DNA of 64,000 nucleotides from Carcharhinus amblyrhynchos. Lineage: Eukaryota. Under the pieces are notes generated by a model. That model was not told the origin of the DNA. It made no database searches and saw only the letters and a program-made list of their open reading frames with translations. Both the position numbers and the translations under genes were made by a program. The stretch lies in the NCBI GenBank assembly GCA_965287045.1, contig OZ336902.1, forward strand, positions 12,896,001 to 12,960,000, read 5' to 3'. Positions within the stretch are counted from its first letter, which is position 1; each line of letters starts with the position of its first letter. Of the stretch, positions 39,273 through 54,406 are shown piece by piece.

Positions 39273-40519
39273 GTACTACTCAAGGTGTAGAAATAAAGCG
39301 ATTGCAGGTAGATTTTCATACCTGGCATTCACCATACCTGTATGTTTATTTTAGGCAGGTGAATGTACAGAAAATAAACAGCTGTGAAATAATTTCCTAA
39401 TGGTGAATGAGTGACAATTTTTTGTGTAAATCGAGGAATTTTTAATAACTGCAAAGTACAATGATCGCTGTTAGCAGCACATATTCTTATGATTATATTG
39501 TTAACGATCAATGAATGTTCTCAGATCAAGCTTTGATAAAAGACTCAAATTCTGAATACTTTTTCTCCCTAAAATGTATGTATACCTTTACAATAACAAC
39601 TATTCCGCAGGTTAAAAGTGCCGTTGCATCCGGTGTTTATGAACTATTTGAAATTGGCTCTCTGTGCTAGCTGAATTATTGATAGCATTGCCTATTTGAC
39701 ACTCCATTATTTTCTGCATGTTTCTAATTCCCTTCCCAGCTGATTACTCTGGATGTTTTGACCTTTTAGCGCAGGGTGCTGGAATGTTCATGTGGAAATG
39801 CTGTCTTCACCTGCAAGTACTGTACTCTAAATTTGAGGCAACTTCATTTTTTCTATTCATCCCACACCTTTGCCTGATTTAGCAAGGGCTCCCCACACTT
39901 GCTTGGATTGCACAGTGCTACAAACAAATTGTGACACAGTAATGGGCATGTAAAAAGTCGCACAATACCAGGTTAAAGTCCAACAGTAATAGGCCATGCA
40001 GCTCAACTAATGAGCATTGCTGTTTAACCGCACACAGCAATGATGTCCCTGATCACTTCTCCCTGCTCTGTTTCATTTATAATCCTTTCATGTCGACTTT
40101 TTCTCATACCACCATTGAAACCCAACTTTTATTTGATTGGTTCTTAAAAGTTTGGAGTCAAACGTATCTGTAACTTCAATTTTTTTTGACTGTTCTGTCA
40201 GCATCTTTTGATTCCAATCCTTATTCTCATACACTGTTTTCCATAAATCTGCTTTTTATGATAGTATTTAAAACATTATCCCTAACAGCCTGAATTTATT
40301 GTAGTCAAGGATGGGACACTGGATTGTACCCATGGAAAACTGTCCAAGAACAAATGTTAAGACTAGGCCAAACACATTTTTGATCTAATTCCTATTTATA
40401 TAATTGATTACAGCTTAAATATATTGTTGGGTTCTATCAAATTTGATCAAATGTACAATTGGAATAATTATGGGCTTGAAACCCATTTGCATTGAGTTAT
40501 TTCCCCCTCAGGGCTTTGA

Positions 40520-41620
40520 TATTAAGAAAAGAGCTTCATACATTCAGCGTGTTGCTACGAAGGCCAGCATGTAATGTCCATCCCAAAGGTGGTGATGAGC
40601 TGTCACCTTGAACCACAGCAGTTCATGTGGTGTAGGTATTCTCACCATGCTGTTAGGGAGGAAGTTCCAGGATTTTGACCCATTGACAGGTGAAGAAACA
40701 ATATATAGTTCAAACTTGGGATCACGTGTGGCTTGGGAACTTACAGGTGGTAGTGTTCCGATGCGTACACTGCCCTTATCCTTTGAGATGGAAGAGGTCA
40801 CGGGGTGAACAGTGCTTTTGAAGAAGACATGGAGAATTGCTGCAGAGCATCTTGTACATCATACAGCTCCTGACCCTGTTTGTGGTAGTTAGGATATCCA
40901 TCAAGTGACTTTCTGCTTTGGTGTCATGCTTCTAGTTTTTGGAGCTACGCTCATCTAACAAGTGGAGTATTCCATTACATTCCTGACTTGCAGATGGTGG
41001 ACAGACTTTGGAGAGTCAGGAAATGAGTTTCTTATGAATTCCCATCCTCTGACTTGCTCTTATAGCCGCAGTATTTAATATGGGTGGTCTAGTTAGCTTT
41101 CTGGTCAGTGGTGATACCAGGAGTTTGGTGGAGATTCAACATTGTAATGCCATTGAACATCATGAGGAGATGGTTAGATTCTCTCTTGTTGGAAATGCTA
41201 GTTGTCTGGCACTTGGGGCATGAATGTCACTTGCCACTCCTCCCCAGTCTGAATGTTGTCCAGATCTTGCTGTACGTAAGGCATGCAGTACCTCCATCTA
41301 AGGAATTTTGAATGGTACTAAAACTGAAATTATTAGCAAACAGCCCTATTTCTGACCTTGCATTGGAACGAAATTTATGAAGCAGCCCAGCACACCACTC
41401 TGAGGGACTCTATGATGACAGCTACAACCATCTTCCTTTGTGCAAAGTATGACTCCAGTTATTGGAATGATTTCTCCCTGATTTCCATTTTGATGGGATT
41501 CTTTGATGTTGCACTCACCAAATGCAGCCTCGATGTCAAGAGTAGTAACTTCCATCTCACTCCTGGAATTCAGTTCCATTTGCCCAATGGATAAAAGCTA
41601 TAATGAGACATGAAGTGTAA
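40520..41620 (-). mobile_element. Degenerate CR1-superfamily LINE
   Basis: Minus-strand remnants TLDIEAAF.. and RVPQSGVLGCFIN; 3'-region NGSKSWNFLPNSMV..PTPH. Confidence 0.65.
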
Positions 41621-41965
41621 TTATCAAATTGTAGTTGAAAACAAAATGAACGTGGGGCTAGATGGTGAATTGAAGTTTGGAGCTGATTTGATTCATTACA
41701 TCCAATCCTACTGGACTCTCAAATAATTGTGAAATCTCCCTTCCAACTAAGCAGAGGTCAATTGGTCAGAAAAACTTTGCTGAACTCATGGTGGCAGAAT
41801 AGTAGAAATGTTTTGGAACACTTCAGAAAGTTTCCTACCTGCGCTATAAAGTAGCTGTGTCCTTTTCATACTGCCAAAATTCTCTAATCTTGAATAATTT
41901 TTGTTGCTAATCTAAATGACATTCAAATACCTTAAAATCACAGAAAACAAGTTATAGTTGCAGTT

Positions 41966-42250
41966 TATTTATTAGTGTCACAGGTAAGGCTTACGTTAAC
42001 ACTGCAATGAAGTTACTGTGAAAATCCCCTAGTCATCACACTTCGGCACCTGTTTGGGTACACTGAAGGAGAATTTAGCGTGGCCAATGCACCTAATCAG
42101 CGCATCTTTCAGAATGTGGGCGGAAACCAAAGGAAACACATGCAGACAAGGGGAGAACGTGCAAACACCACATAGACATTAACCCAAGCTGGGAATCAAA
42201 CCCGGGTCCCTGGCACTGAGGCAACAGTGCTCGTCGCTATGCCGTGCCAT
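41966..42250 (-). mobile_element. Shark V-SINE, tail type B
   Basis: tttattagtgtcaca...gcaatgaagttactgtgaaaatcccctagtc is the reverse complement of the tail at 16090-16150. Confidence 0.85.
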
Positions 42251-43837
42251 ATATTGCTTTAAAATTTTTTTTAAGAGGACAATCTCTATGCATGATGGCC
42301 GACTTCATGTGGGCTAATTTTGTGCATAGCATCTTGCAATTACATCAGATTAATTGAATGGAAACAAAATGGTTGAATTTACATGGAAAGCATTTTTAAA
42401 TTTTATGCTGAGTCACCATATTGACTGAACTTCCCACTGCAATTCATTGGTTAAAAGTTTGGCGGTTTCTTTAGCCTTGGTAAGATCATTTGGAGTCCAA
42501 AGTGGTGGCATTCAATGCAGGTTATCAATGCCCCAGTATTGATATTGTTGATATCCATCATGAACAATGTAATACACCTGGGCCTCTTCTTCTCTTCTAA
42601 TCTAAACTGCAATCTTAGGGACTGCTTTGAGCTCAGAATTCAAGCAGCCTTGATTTTATCCACTCTGCTGGAGAACAAATTATCAATAATTGTCATCTTG
42701 AAATGTGTAGAAACTGATGTACGATTTTAACTTTGGTTGAGATACTTTCTGCATCTGCTGCCCTTTTTAGACTAAATTTCTGCCGAGTGTTTTTAATCAT
42801 GAGTGACTTGAGCTGATAGTTGTGTGTTTGTGACTTAAGGTTAAAACTGTGGACACAAAATATTGCATTTTACTCAAAGGTCAAATCCTCTGCTTATTCT
42901 CACGTCCACGCTTCTCTTTATGAATAAATCCATCTTGAAACTTTGCAACATGGGTGGTGACATTTTGGTGCCATCCCACTTGATGAGGCATTTAATTGTA
43001 GTCTATCTTTTGTGATAGCAATGGTTGACCACATTTAATCTTGAATATGTACTAATCCAGTGGAGCACATGAATGTGTCCACCTAAGAATAGTTATTAAC
43101 TTGGATGTTTGGCCTCAATTTTATTTGTCCAATGGGATGAAGGCAAGTTATGGCAGTCAAGGGCAAAGCCAGATACAATGTTAGAGGCTGGCCGTCTTAG
43201 CTAGAGAACAGGTAAGAATGCTTAGCAACAGTCCCTAATTGTGTAAGTAAATTGCAGTTTTTAACATTGATGCGCTGAATGGTGCTTATGGAATGACTTG
43301 ATGGCATTTATTCTGAGAAGCTAACGGAATAAGTGCAGTACTCCTGAGAACTACAAAGATTAGCTATCTTATCTGAAAAGTGTTGAATTAAATGATAGCA
43401 GACATTCGGGATTTTTTGCTTTGTCACATATTAAATGTTGAATATGCAAAGAGGAAATGGTATCCCTTGTACACGCCTTATGGTAGGGAGATGATATTAG
43501 AGCAGTTCTTTTGACCAAGCCATTGCAGAAATGTACTGTGTCGTTGTGAGCATGAGAGAGTATTGTAGGAGGTGTTCTGCTTTGCATTTGATCTGTGTCA
43601 TAACTGACCTTTGCAATGCTTGATAATGTCAGAGTACAAATTGTTTTATTTTTTTTTAAAAAAGTATTTCTTAGCCCCCTTGACCTTTGTGTGGATTTGT
43701 ACCCATCGATTCCCAGCAGATAAATGTGAAACAACAGCTGTGTTATGGCAAGTGCATGCAAACTGTTTCACGTGGGTTCGGCATTGGTTCAAGGGAACTG
43801 TAATTAAGTCTGATGAGCATAATTTTGTACCACACAG

Positions 43838-44052
43838 TTGAAAGCGGTGCATGAGCAGCTGGCTGCCCTCTCCCAACCACAACTGTCAAAACCAAAGAAA
43901 AAGGAAAAGGACAAGAAAGAAGAGAAAAAGAAAGAGAAGGAAAAAGACAAGAAGGAGGAAAAGAAAAAGAAAGAGGATGTGGAGGAAAAGAAGAAGAGCA
44001 AAGTTAAGGAGCAACAGCCAAAAAAATCAAAGAAGAACAATGCAAATACCAG
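43838..44052 (+). CDS. BRD4: BRD4 coding exon 8 (motif B and Lys-rich BID region)
   Basis: cacacag|TTG AAA GCG...ACC AG|gtaatt; [32 protein letters not shown]...; 215 nt, phase 0 to 2. Confidence 0.95.
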
Positions 44053-45304
44053 GTAATTCTGTTCACTTAACCGGTTACACATTTAGGAAAAACTTTAAAT
44101 ATTGGTTAACTCAAAATCAAACTTTTGTCAACTGTACAGTTTTCTGCTTCAGTAGTCTACAAATTGCATTATTCCCATTCAAGGGGAGAGCAGTATTTAT
44201 GGATATTGCCCTTTTTAATTTTTAATGCAAGTTCTTTGAGAGCTAATTGATGTAGAAAACATGCTCTCCACCCACGGTTTTGTGAAGCCTGTTAACATGT
44301 ACAGTTTTCAGTCCATAATCTGTCTGCTTTGGCCAACTGGTAGTGCATCAGTTGAGTTCTGAACTCTGGTTCATATTCTGCCAACTTTGCTGCTTTCTAA
44401 TGCATATGGCTGTTCCAAGGGAAGAAACTGGTACTAAACTCAGTGTGGAAGTTCCTGACACCAGTTGCCTTTCTGCAGTAAAATATCAGTTGCGATTCAT
44501 TCCATGTTCTGAAACAGTTGAGGTTTTCATCCTTTTACCTCCTAGTCAGGTGTGCGCATGAGGCATTGGTTGCTTGTGGGTACCACCATTAAAGGATGAA
44601 TCATGTCTGCAGAGGAAACTTTCAGACTCTTGGGGTAGAGGTGCTTGGTGTGGTCTCAGTTTGACCCTGATACCTATGTTGGATTGTTAACTGAAGATGT
44701 TGCAGTAGAGACACCTGGATATGCAGAATTCAGCCGTGATCCAAACAGCTACATTCACAATGGATCCTATTTGCTATTGCTGATAGCAAGGGCGATTTTG
44801 GCCAGGCAGTGCCCAAGAATGAAACACATGGGTAGGTTCTTTTCTCTTTCTGCCCCTATTTTGACAACTTTGCAGACCCCATGAGAATAGCAATCATCTC
44901 TTTCAGTTAAGTAATCAGTTCTGACTCGAGTAACTTCATTGATAGATGTAAGTAAAGGTAAGAGGGGCTTGGATGTATGCAAACAAAACAGTTTATTTAA
45001 TTTGTCTACATTGCCAATTCCTGGAAAGTAAGTGGTTGATACATGCTTCATGAATCTGATAGACCAACTAGAGGACCACATTCTAAATTCCAACTCTATT
45101 TGGTCGTAAATTGTGGAGCTGAGTTTGTCAACTTGATGCCATATCAATGTCATTGAATGGATCGCATACTCAGTGTCTGTCTTGGAGGATGAAAACTTTT
45201 CAACCTGTCGATGATTGCTCAGTGGTCTTGTAACTTCAGACTAAACACATGTTAAAAGCAATAACTCTGATTCCAAGTGTTTAGATGCTGGGGTTGTGTG
45301 ATTC

Positions 45305-45432
45305 AGGCTGGAATTTTACCGTCCCGTCCACTATGGTAATCGGAGCAGTGGAGGGGTTGACCACGGGAAAGTCCATTGATCTCGGGTGGGATTTTATGGT
45401 TTCAGGACAAGCGAGGCCATAGAATCCCACTG
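45305..45432. repeat. ~125-bp short interspersed (MITE-like) element; inverted homolog at 57170-57295
   Basis: ggctggaattttaccgtcccg...gcgaggccatagaatcccac versus gtgagattttccggccttgc...gatgggtaaattccacc; termini imperfectly inverted. Confidence 0.6.
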
Positions 45433-46195
45433 AGGGTGTGGATGTTCTAGATGTATCTTAACATTCCATTGGACTTTCACTTACATAGGATCCTTCACAA
45501 CAGCACGTGTCTTGAGCAACGTGCAGCCAACGGAAGTATAGTCATGTGAGTGTATCTGTAAGTTTTGATACCTATAAGGTGGCAGCCAGAATTGAAGAAC
45601 TTTATGTAAAGACAGGAATGCTACCTATCTGGGGGTGTGCTCTAAACATGCATCAGGAATTAAAAAGGGGGTAGCACTTCACATGAGATCAAGAAACGTG
45701 AGTACTAGAAAGACCGTGTGGCCTGACAAGAATTCTGGCAGTTGCTCAGGAAGTATATGCTCTAGACCTAGCCTTAAGGTGGAAAATTGGCAGGTATCTC
45801 CTGTCCACACAAAGCAGGACAAATGCAATTTGGCCAGCTTTTGTCCTGTTGCCCCCTCAATTATTCAACAAGTAACCAAAGAAGTGCTGCACTTACTAAT
45901 AATGTGATCGTCATTGCTTAGTTTAGGTACAGTCAGGTTGTCATACTTCCAGACCTGCTCTAAATATGCAGAGAAGATCTGAATTCCTGAAGTGCAGTGA
46001 AAATGAGGACTGTTGGATACAGACTCTGGTTGCTGTTGAGAACTTTGAATGGGGGAGGAGGGGGTTCCATCTGAAAAATCTATTTTGAGGCTACTTATAA
46101 CTATAATTTATAATGCATAAAGGTGGTTCTTGGAGGGAATGGGGCTCCCATTAAAAATCCCTTCATTTGCCTCAGTCTCTGACTGTTCAGCTTAA

Positions 46196-46666
<471 letters not shown>

Positions 46667-48207
46667 TAGCCCTCGCGGATTAAAAAAAAATAATTGATCG
46701 TCACCTCGCTATATAAAATTGATCGAAAAATTTGTACATTGATTCATGTGCACAATCTAATCAAGCCATTCTTAATATATCAGTCATTCCCTCTCTTTAC
46801 TAAAACTGTTCTCCACTTACCATGCCATATGCTATTTCCTGACTGCAAGGTGTGTAGGGAGCTTCCCCCCCCAGGCTTTTCTAAGTATTACCTCTGAAAG
46901 CCGGCTGTTAGGTAGTGTACAAGACGAATATGGGGTTGACTTGTTTCTCGGATGCTAGTTTCTTTTTTGGCCCTAAGCCATGTCGCTGCCATTCTGTGTT
47001 GTCAATGCACTATCTTTGTGCCAAGAATGGTTGGTTGAAACAGTGACTAGTTATTAGCTTAAAATAAGAAACTTGCGAATGCTGTAGTAAAAACAGTAAA
47101 CTCAGCAGTAAAAGCAGAAACACTAGAGGTGTGCCTGAGGAGAAGATTGTCTGTATTTTATGGTTGGAAGTAATTTAAGCAAAGATTGATGGAGGTTTGT
47201 TAAGAAACATGTCAGAAATTAGTGCCAGTGGTATCAGACTGTGTAGTTTTCTGTACTGAATTTCAATCCCTTGTGTATAGTAACTGATAACTAGATGAGT
47301 TTACTTCTTCAGTGGACAATTTGAATCTATTGAGCGCAGTCTTCCATTTTTAATAAACATGATACCGCGCGTACTCTACCCACCCCCACCCCTCCAGAAT
47401 ATTACCTTTTATGTTCAGTAATGAAGGTGAAACATGAGCAGCATTGCTGCATGTTGTAATGCTGTAAGTTGCTGCTTCATTGTTTCAGAAATCCTTTATT
47501 TTGTTTTCCTTTGGCTCCCTATCCTCTGCAGCAGTAGGTGCAATAAAGCGTCATGGCAACTGCCCCATGTCTTGCCAGAATGAGTTGTTCTTGTGCGTGG
47601 CAGCTAGTGACTATTTCCTGTTTGCTCAACAGTGGAGATGTCACAGTGAATGTTCTTCTGCTTTCCAGATGTATCATTGCTCGCTCCCCACCTCCCCGCA
47701 ACACCACCACCATTGTGGGTCTGATAGCTAGAATGGTCGTGCTCCCCCTCACAAGATTTTTGTAATTCTGTATGGTATATCTTGGTGAATTGTAACCAGA
47801 AATTTGCATACAGCGCTATCACAAATTAAAAATACTGGCTGATGTATCAGTTGCCAACATCTTAACTGTGAAGTCCCAGCCTTCCTTACCCATGTCTACT
47901 TCATTGCCATCCACCAAAAGCAAAGGCCCAGGGAGAGGATTTAAAACAACATGGGGGAATATTTAGCAAACTGTTCTAGCTGACACAGGGAAGAGCAGCA
48001 GAGCTTGGGCGATGAAAGGCTTTGTTCAACTATTTACATGCACCGTATCTGACTAGTCAGTACATAAAGGGGCAACTTTTATGGGAATTGATGAATAAGG
48101 ATTGGGGGAAATTATCTGTCAGCTATAAGTTAATTATTAATTGGAAATTAATGTCACCAACAGAGGAGGAAATAGGTTAACTAGACAAAATCAAATTACA
48201 TCCATCT

Positions 48208-48420
48208 AAAAGCAAAATGTTGTGGATGCTGGAAATCTGAAATAAAGAGAGTGCTGGGAGGAAAACCTAGGTCAGGCAGCACCTGCTGCGGGAAAAATGA
48301 TTTTATGTCCAACTTCTTCCAAAGAAGAGTTATATTGGATTTAAAACGTTAACTCGGTTTCACTCTCCACAGATACTGCCAGACCTGCTGAGTATTTTCC
48401 CCAGCACTTTGGTTTTTATT
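48208..48420. mobile_element. Older degenerate palindromic Penelope-like element
   Basis: aataaa.agagtgctggg...aggtcaggcagca.ctg pairs with cagatactgccagacct...cccagcacttt..tttatt; centre cttcttcc aaagaag. Confidence 0.55.
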
Positions 48421-49559
48421 GCAAACAATATCTGTTAATCATGTAGCATTTAAAAAGTAATGAGTTGTCTCTAGAAATATAGATTCTATTGTAAATAAAT
48501 GCATAAATTTAGATTATTGGAGCTCAGGCATTGTTGAAACTGCAGAATGTGGGAGTTTAATGAGACGCTGATGAAGTTGCTTGTGACTTAAGTCATTCAA
48601 CTGGAAGGTTGTTGAGCTGGAGTGGAAGGTGGGAATATCTGGACCATCTACTCCAGACACATGCGTACCACACATAGGAAGAGTCATTTGACTAGTCATT
48701 GAGGTTAGGTGAGCATTTATGGAGTTGGATAACCTAATGAAGAAGGCATGCACAAAGCACATAAAGAATGAGTTTAGGAAGACAAAGAATGAACGTGAAA
48801 TGAAAATGTTAAAAAATTACAAGAAGAAATGGGTGAGGTATCAGCACATCAGTAACAGAAGGTTAATTAAGTTTAGGACCTCCAAGACATATACACAGCA
48901 GGTGATAGTGAAAGGATAAAGATGCTTGACTGGGATTTTGCCACAATTTCTGTTAAGGAAATAAAGAAAATGTGGTAGTAGTTGAGAGGGCTAGTACAAT
49001 AGTTAAGATCGGAAGAAATAAGAAATACATCCCAAGCTTCAGATCCCAGTGTCGTGTTCAAATTGATTGCATCTACACATGGTCAAAATCTATGAAGGCA
49101 GTATCATGAAGATTTACAGTCTGGCCTAAATGATATGCCAATATCTAATATCTATCTAAACCCAGTTTTGCAAATTTTTCCCCATCCAGAGCACCGATGC
49201 TCAAATACAAACTTGACATTTGAAATAAGGGTATTGATGTACAAAAATTCAATTGGTAAAGGAATTGAGGACTTCTGAGTAACAAGTGTAATTCCTATCT
49301 TCAAAAAGGGAGGTGTATCTAATCCTGGGAACAATAAACAAGTGGGCTTAACATTTGTGGTAGGAAAGGTATAAAATCTGTCTGATAAATTAACACAATT
49401 TGAAAAATAAAGTACTGTGAGGTTTTGCATTTTGTATTTCCTAATGCTTGCAAATTGGCCCTGTAAGACAGTAGCTGTTGCAGTTAGGATAGGTGGCTAA
49501 TAGGGTGACATTGACTAGCACAGGCAAGATGACAGCAATTCAGAAATCCAGAGGATAGA

Positions 49560-50340
49560 AGGATATGGGAAAGAGTGGGAAGAAAATGGCTCATTGAATG
49601 AGAATGGCTATAGCATGTTCAGCTCATATGCCTTTGCTCACCTGCTGAAGGCACAATTCATTTAATGCCATTTCCTGTCTATCATACACAGTAAAGTTTG
49701 GCAACGTTTCCTTTGCATAGGATCCTATTCCCTTTTGAAAGCCCTAGTTGACCCTGTCTTGACTTTCAGATCCTAACCACTTGCTGCATGAGAGTTTTTC
49801 CTCATATTGCCATTGCTTCTTTTTCCAATTATTTTAAATCCTTTTGTACTCAGCCATTTCAATGGGAGCAGTTTCTCCCTATCTATGTCTTTGCAGACCC
49901 TCATGATTTTGAATGGCTCTATCTAATCTCCTTTCAACTGTCACTTTTCCAAGAACATCCCAATATCTTCAGTCTTTCTACGTAACGGAAGGTCCTCAAC
50001 CTCTGCAGCCTTTTTTGTGAATTTTTAATGCACCTTTTTAATGTCTTCACATCCTTCCTCCTAAATTGTCATACCCTGGCCTGGATGCAATATTCAGTTG
50101 AAGTCAGACCAATATTTCATAACTTTTTTTGCTTTTGTACTCTTATCTCCCTATTGATAAAACCCAAGACGGGGGTTTTACTTTATAAATTGCTGCCAGG
50201 CTGTCCTGCCACCTTCAATGATTTATGCACATGCATGCCTGCCCTTCTGCTCTTTATTCCCCCCCCCCCTTTAGATTTGTATGTTTTACTTTATATCTGT
50301 AATGTCATGAGTTCTTCCTACCAAAATGAATCAATTGGCT
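49560..50340 (-). mobile_element. Degenerate CR1 3' fragment
   Basis: Similar to 21400-22150 (ttcagatcctaaccac..., catgattttgaat, cctgccaccttcaatgatttatgcac). Confidence 0.6.
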
Positions 50341-53300
50341 TGTAATATTGATGCAGAGAAATGTGCACTCTGACTACATGCTTACTTATTTGGTAGTGTT
50401 GAGATGCTTTACTAATCTTTTATGTGGAAATTTGGAGCAGCGCTTGCCAAATATTCAAACTAGATTAACTAGTTGAAAAATGCAGCATCAAATATCAACA
50501 CAAATGCAGAGGGAAGCTGCTGACCTTTCATAACACAGCAAGCATTTGTCTCAAATAAGACAAACTAATTTCTGTCGATCTCACTTGCAGCATTCTATTG
50601 CCAGGTTACTTGGTGTGTTTAGCTTATGCAGTTGCACATATTTTATTGCACTATAATACAAAAGATAGGTAGGTATCTTAGGATAGGTAGTAAACAATGT
50701 TGACCCACAGAAATGAGTTGGAAGCTTCCTCTGGCCCAAAAACTTGGCTGTGCTGGAAATCAGATTAAGTTATTGCACATGGCCAAATGCAGAATTGGTT
50801 ATTGCTGTCAAGCAACTAATGAATCTCAAATTATGGAAATGTTGGTGCTGTTTGATTGAAGGTTAGAGGTGACTGGCCCAAAGTTTCGTCTAGTTATATG
50901 AATTTTGAGCCCATAAGGTCCAGAGAAATTACAGTAAAAGTCTCTTTCAAAAACTCCCTCTGGACAAATACCAGCCTAAAATCAAATTTAATCTTGCTGC
51001 TGCTCTCTGCAAGGCGCATCCCATTTTGTTTTCCAAAAGTTTTCAGCTGTCTGGCCACAAACATGTCAGGAAATTGAAGATTTAATTTGACGAATAAAAA
51101 TTCAAAATTAAATTTCACATTTTTGTGCTGATGTGGAAGGAGATGCTTATGCAGAGGAATGGGACCCTTTGTGTTAAAACTTAGGGTCAACATCAAATTC
51201 TTCTAATTCGTATGTATCCAGATGAAGAGTAAAACTCTCCTTATTTACTTTCAAATCAGTCCTCTGCAGCTTCAGAATCTGCACGTATTATCTTTGTGTT
51301 CTTTGAGATTACCAATTTATAGCTAATTTTGTTCTTGTGGGCCTGTATCAACTGAGAGTCAAAACTACAGAAACTAATTTTGTTTTGAGCAATGATAGGA
51401 GGGACTTTAAGCCCATCCATCCAGGGTGCATCAAACCCCAAATTTCAGTGATGGTAGAATGCAACTCCATGTGGTTCCCAGTCTTACTACTTAACCCTTC
51501 TCTTTATGATCCAAGTTGAACATTAGAAATAGCAGGGTAGGCCATACTGTCCCTTGAGCCATTCAATTAGATCATGATTGATCTAACTCCACTTTCCAAT
51601 CCTATCTCCATATCCCTTGATTCTTTTGTCCAAAATAACCTATCAATCTCCTGCCTTTGTGGAGCGTATGAATGTTCCAAGATTATTCACGTTACTTTTT
51701 CTTCCCGTCTTTGCCTACTCGTGTTGCACCATCCAGAATGCCTGGTAATGGTTGGATTCTCACTGTGGATACAGCTGCAAAGCCAAATCTGTGTCCCCAC
51801 TTACCAACACATTACTGCCACTGCACCATTAGCTGACTGTGTAGATTTTTCTTGGAACTTGTAGGGGAAATTGTTGAAGATAATTGAGGTTATCAAATCT
51901 CTTGGATTTCTATTCAGTGTTGCCGTTGGTCTTAAGTGCATAGGACATTATTGTAATTGAATATATCTGAGGGGAAACAACTTCTTTTAAACCACCCCCC
52001 CCGCAAAAAAATTCAGATCAATTGTAGTTGAATTGGTTTCTGCTGCATATTAATCAGACCCATGAGGTGATGCCCCAGCAAGCCTAATATCTTGTCAAGG
52101 CAGGAATGCATACACACCATTCGTAGTCATGTACATGGCACTTGGTCAGTGTTAATCATGTGAACAGTGAGAGCGCAACTCTTGCAGTTGTGGGCCTGAG
52201 ATGACTGCTGTATAAAATTGTGTAGCATCTGTACACAATGGCTGCTTTCAAAATTAGCTCATTCTTTAGGATTGGATTGTGGAATTAGACTTGGTTTTCA
52301 TAAGCTTGACTAAAATAAAATCAACAAACAAAATGCTCAACCTTTTTCCTTCGCTTTTCTCCCCCCATTTCTCTTTGAAACTGTCATGCCATATTACATC
52401 TTTTGCCATTGTCTGAAGCAAAGTCACCATCTGAAAAATTTCACAAAATATGTAGTTTATTTATTTATGTGAAATGAGAAATAAATAGAAATGGGAAAAT
52501 TGTGGGTCAACAGCCTTGCACACCTCGATTCTAACTGAGTGTTCATGTGCGTTTCCAAATTAAATGTACTGTCCACATGACAAGTGCTTAAAAATAAAAA
52601 TTGTATCCCTGTAGGGGGAAAATGGAGCAACTCTGACCAGCTGCTTGTTAATTTAGTGTTTTCCATGCCAATGATTTGACGGAGGCTGTGTGACTGGGCT
52701 TGGAATTCACATGCTTTTTTTTGGCAGACAACATCATTGAACATCTGTGAGTCTATTAGTGAATGTGGTTCGGGGTTCCTTCCAGCTCCCAGGCCACAGT
52801 ATTTTTCTCCTGCCCTGAAGGCAACTTTTAAACACTCAAACATTTAAGATTCCACACACACAACTCGGTTCTTGCAACTCCAGGCTATGATTGTGAATTT
52901 TGCCATAAAGGCCATTGATAACCACATTTGAGATTGTATGTATGGGGTTGGGTTGGGTAAGGGACTTTCTGTGCACCACTCAGTACTTGAGGAAATGTGC
53001 CTCTCCATGCTGTTAAAAAGAAAAATGCATTTTTGAGAATTTGAGCATATATAAATAAGCTAGACCATTAATTGGTTTGTAGATTAATATTACAGGGTTT
53101 AGTGCAAAAATAATGGTGTTGGGACAGTGAACATGATTACTAATACAAAATGCCTCGCATTACATCTCTAACTGAATGGGTTCTGTTATGTTCTAAACCA
53201 ACATGATTTGGGTGATCTGTTCTTCTGTATCTTGTTCTTCTGTGTTGTATGTGGTGTTCTTACCCTGCTAGGAGATGATTTGAACTTTTTTGCACTGGGC

Positions 53301-54406
53301 GTGATCATTTACAGATCATGGTAAATGATCTGCTCTGTTCTATCATATTCCACTTGTGTATGGGCATGCACGGGTGGAGCAATGACATTATTGGGCTTCT
53401 TAACCAGGGGTCAAAGCAACAGCTGGTTTTCAGAGGTACACTGTTTCCTTTTTAATGTTGAACCTGATTTATCTCTTCCTGTGAAATTGAATTTTTTATT
53501 GTAATTTTGCAAAATTCGCTAATTGCAGAGTAGTGATGTCATGATTTAATATTAAACCTGTCTTTGTGCAAAACCATTTGTGTGTGAAGATATTTGTGAT
53601 TGCCTGCAGGGAAAATAATATGCCCAACAAAAAGTCAGGTGGTGTACTGAATCAGTTTCTGTCATGCCACTTGGTGGGGCTTTTGTCACTCACGGTGCTG
53701 AGTTCATAATATCAACTGTGTCACTGTGGGGAAATACTAAATACTTCCTCGGAGAGCATGGAATTCGCTGGCCCTTGTGACAGCTGGTTTATGGTGGCTG
53801 TGGAGGCTTTTGTGTCTTCTATCCTCTTGCCATCGGGTGGGGTGTGTGGGGGGGAAGCTATTGAAATGAAATGGTTTACTTGGTCTCATGTTTTAAGTGG
53901 CAGGAGCAGATAGTTTTAATTTTCTTTTCTGTTCCAGAATCCTTGAGAAATCCCTGTGCTGGCTATAGCTTACATTTGATATTGTCCTTTGTAATTTAAT
54001 TGGAAGCCGCAACCAGGGATTACTCTAGCCTCTGGCCTGGTTTTCCCTACGCTGCTGTTTACAGTAGCACAACTGAGGTCACTAGCAATGAATTGAGCCC
54101 TATATTTTTACCCTAAAGTGATTTAATCTGTCAGTAAAAGACTCTGACCTCGCTATTGCAAAATCCATATGCTTCCCAATATTTGTTAAAATTCTCTTCA
54201 GATTGATGGCCTTCAAGAGCAGTCACAAACTGTGAATGGGTTTTTGTTTTCCTACAGCTGCTTTCTTTCTTTTTTCTTTTTAAATTTGCAGAAACCTTGC
54301 ATCTGATCCCACGTGCCAAACTAGAGTAATTTTATTCACTGTGTTGTACCTGTGTACCGGTACCAAAGTGTTTGGTCCAAATCTTGTTGTGTGATGCTGT
54401 TTGCAG

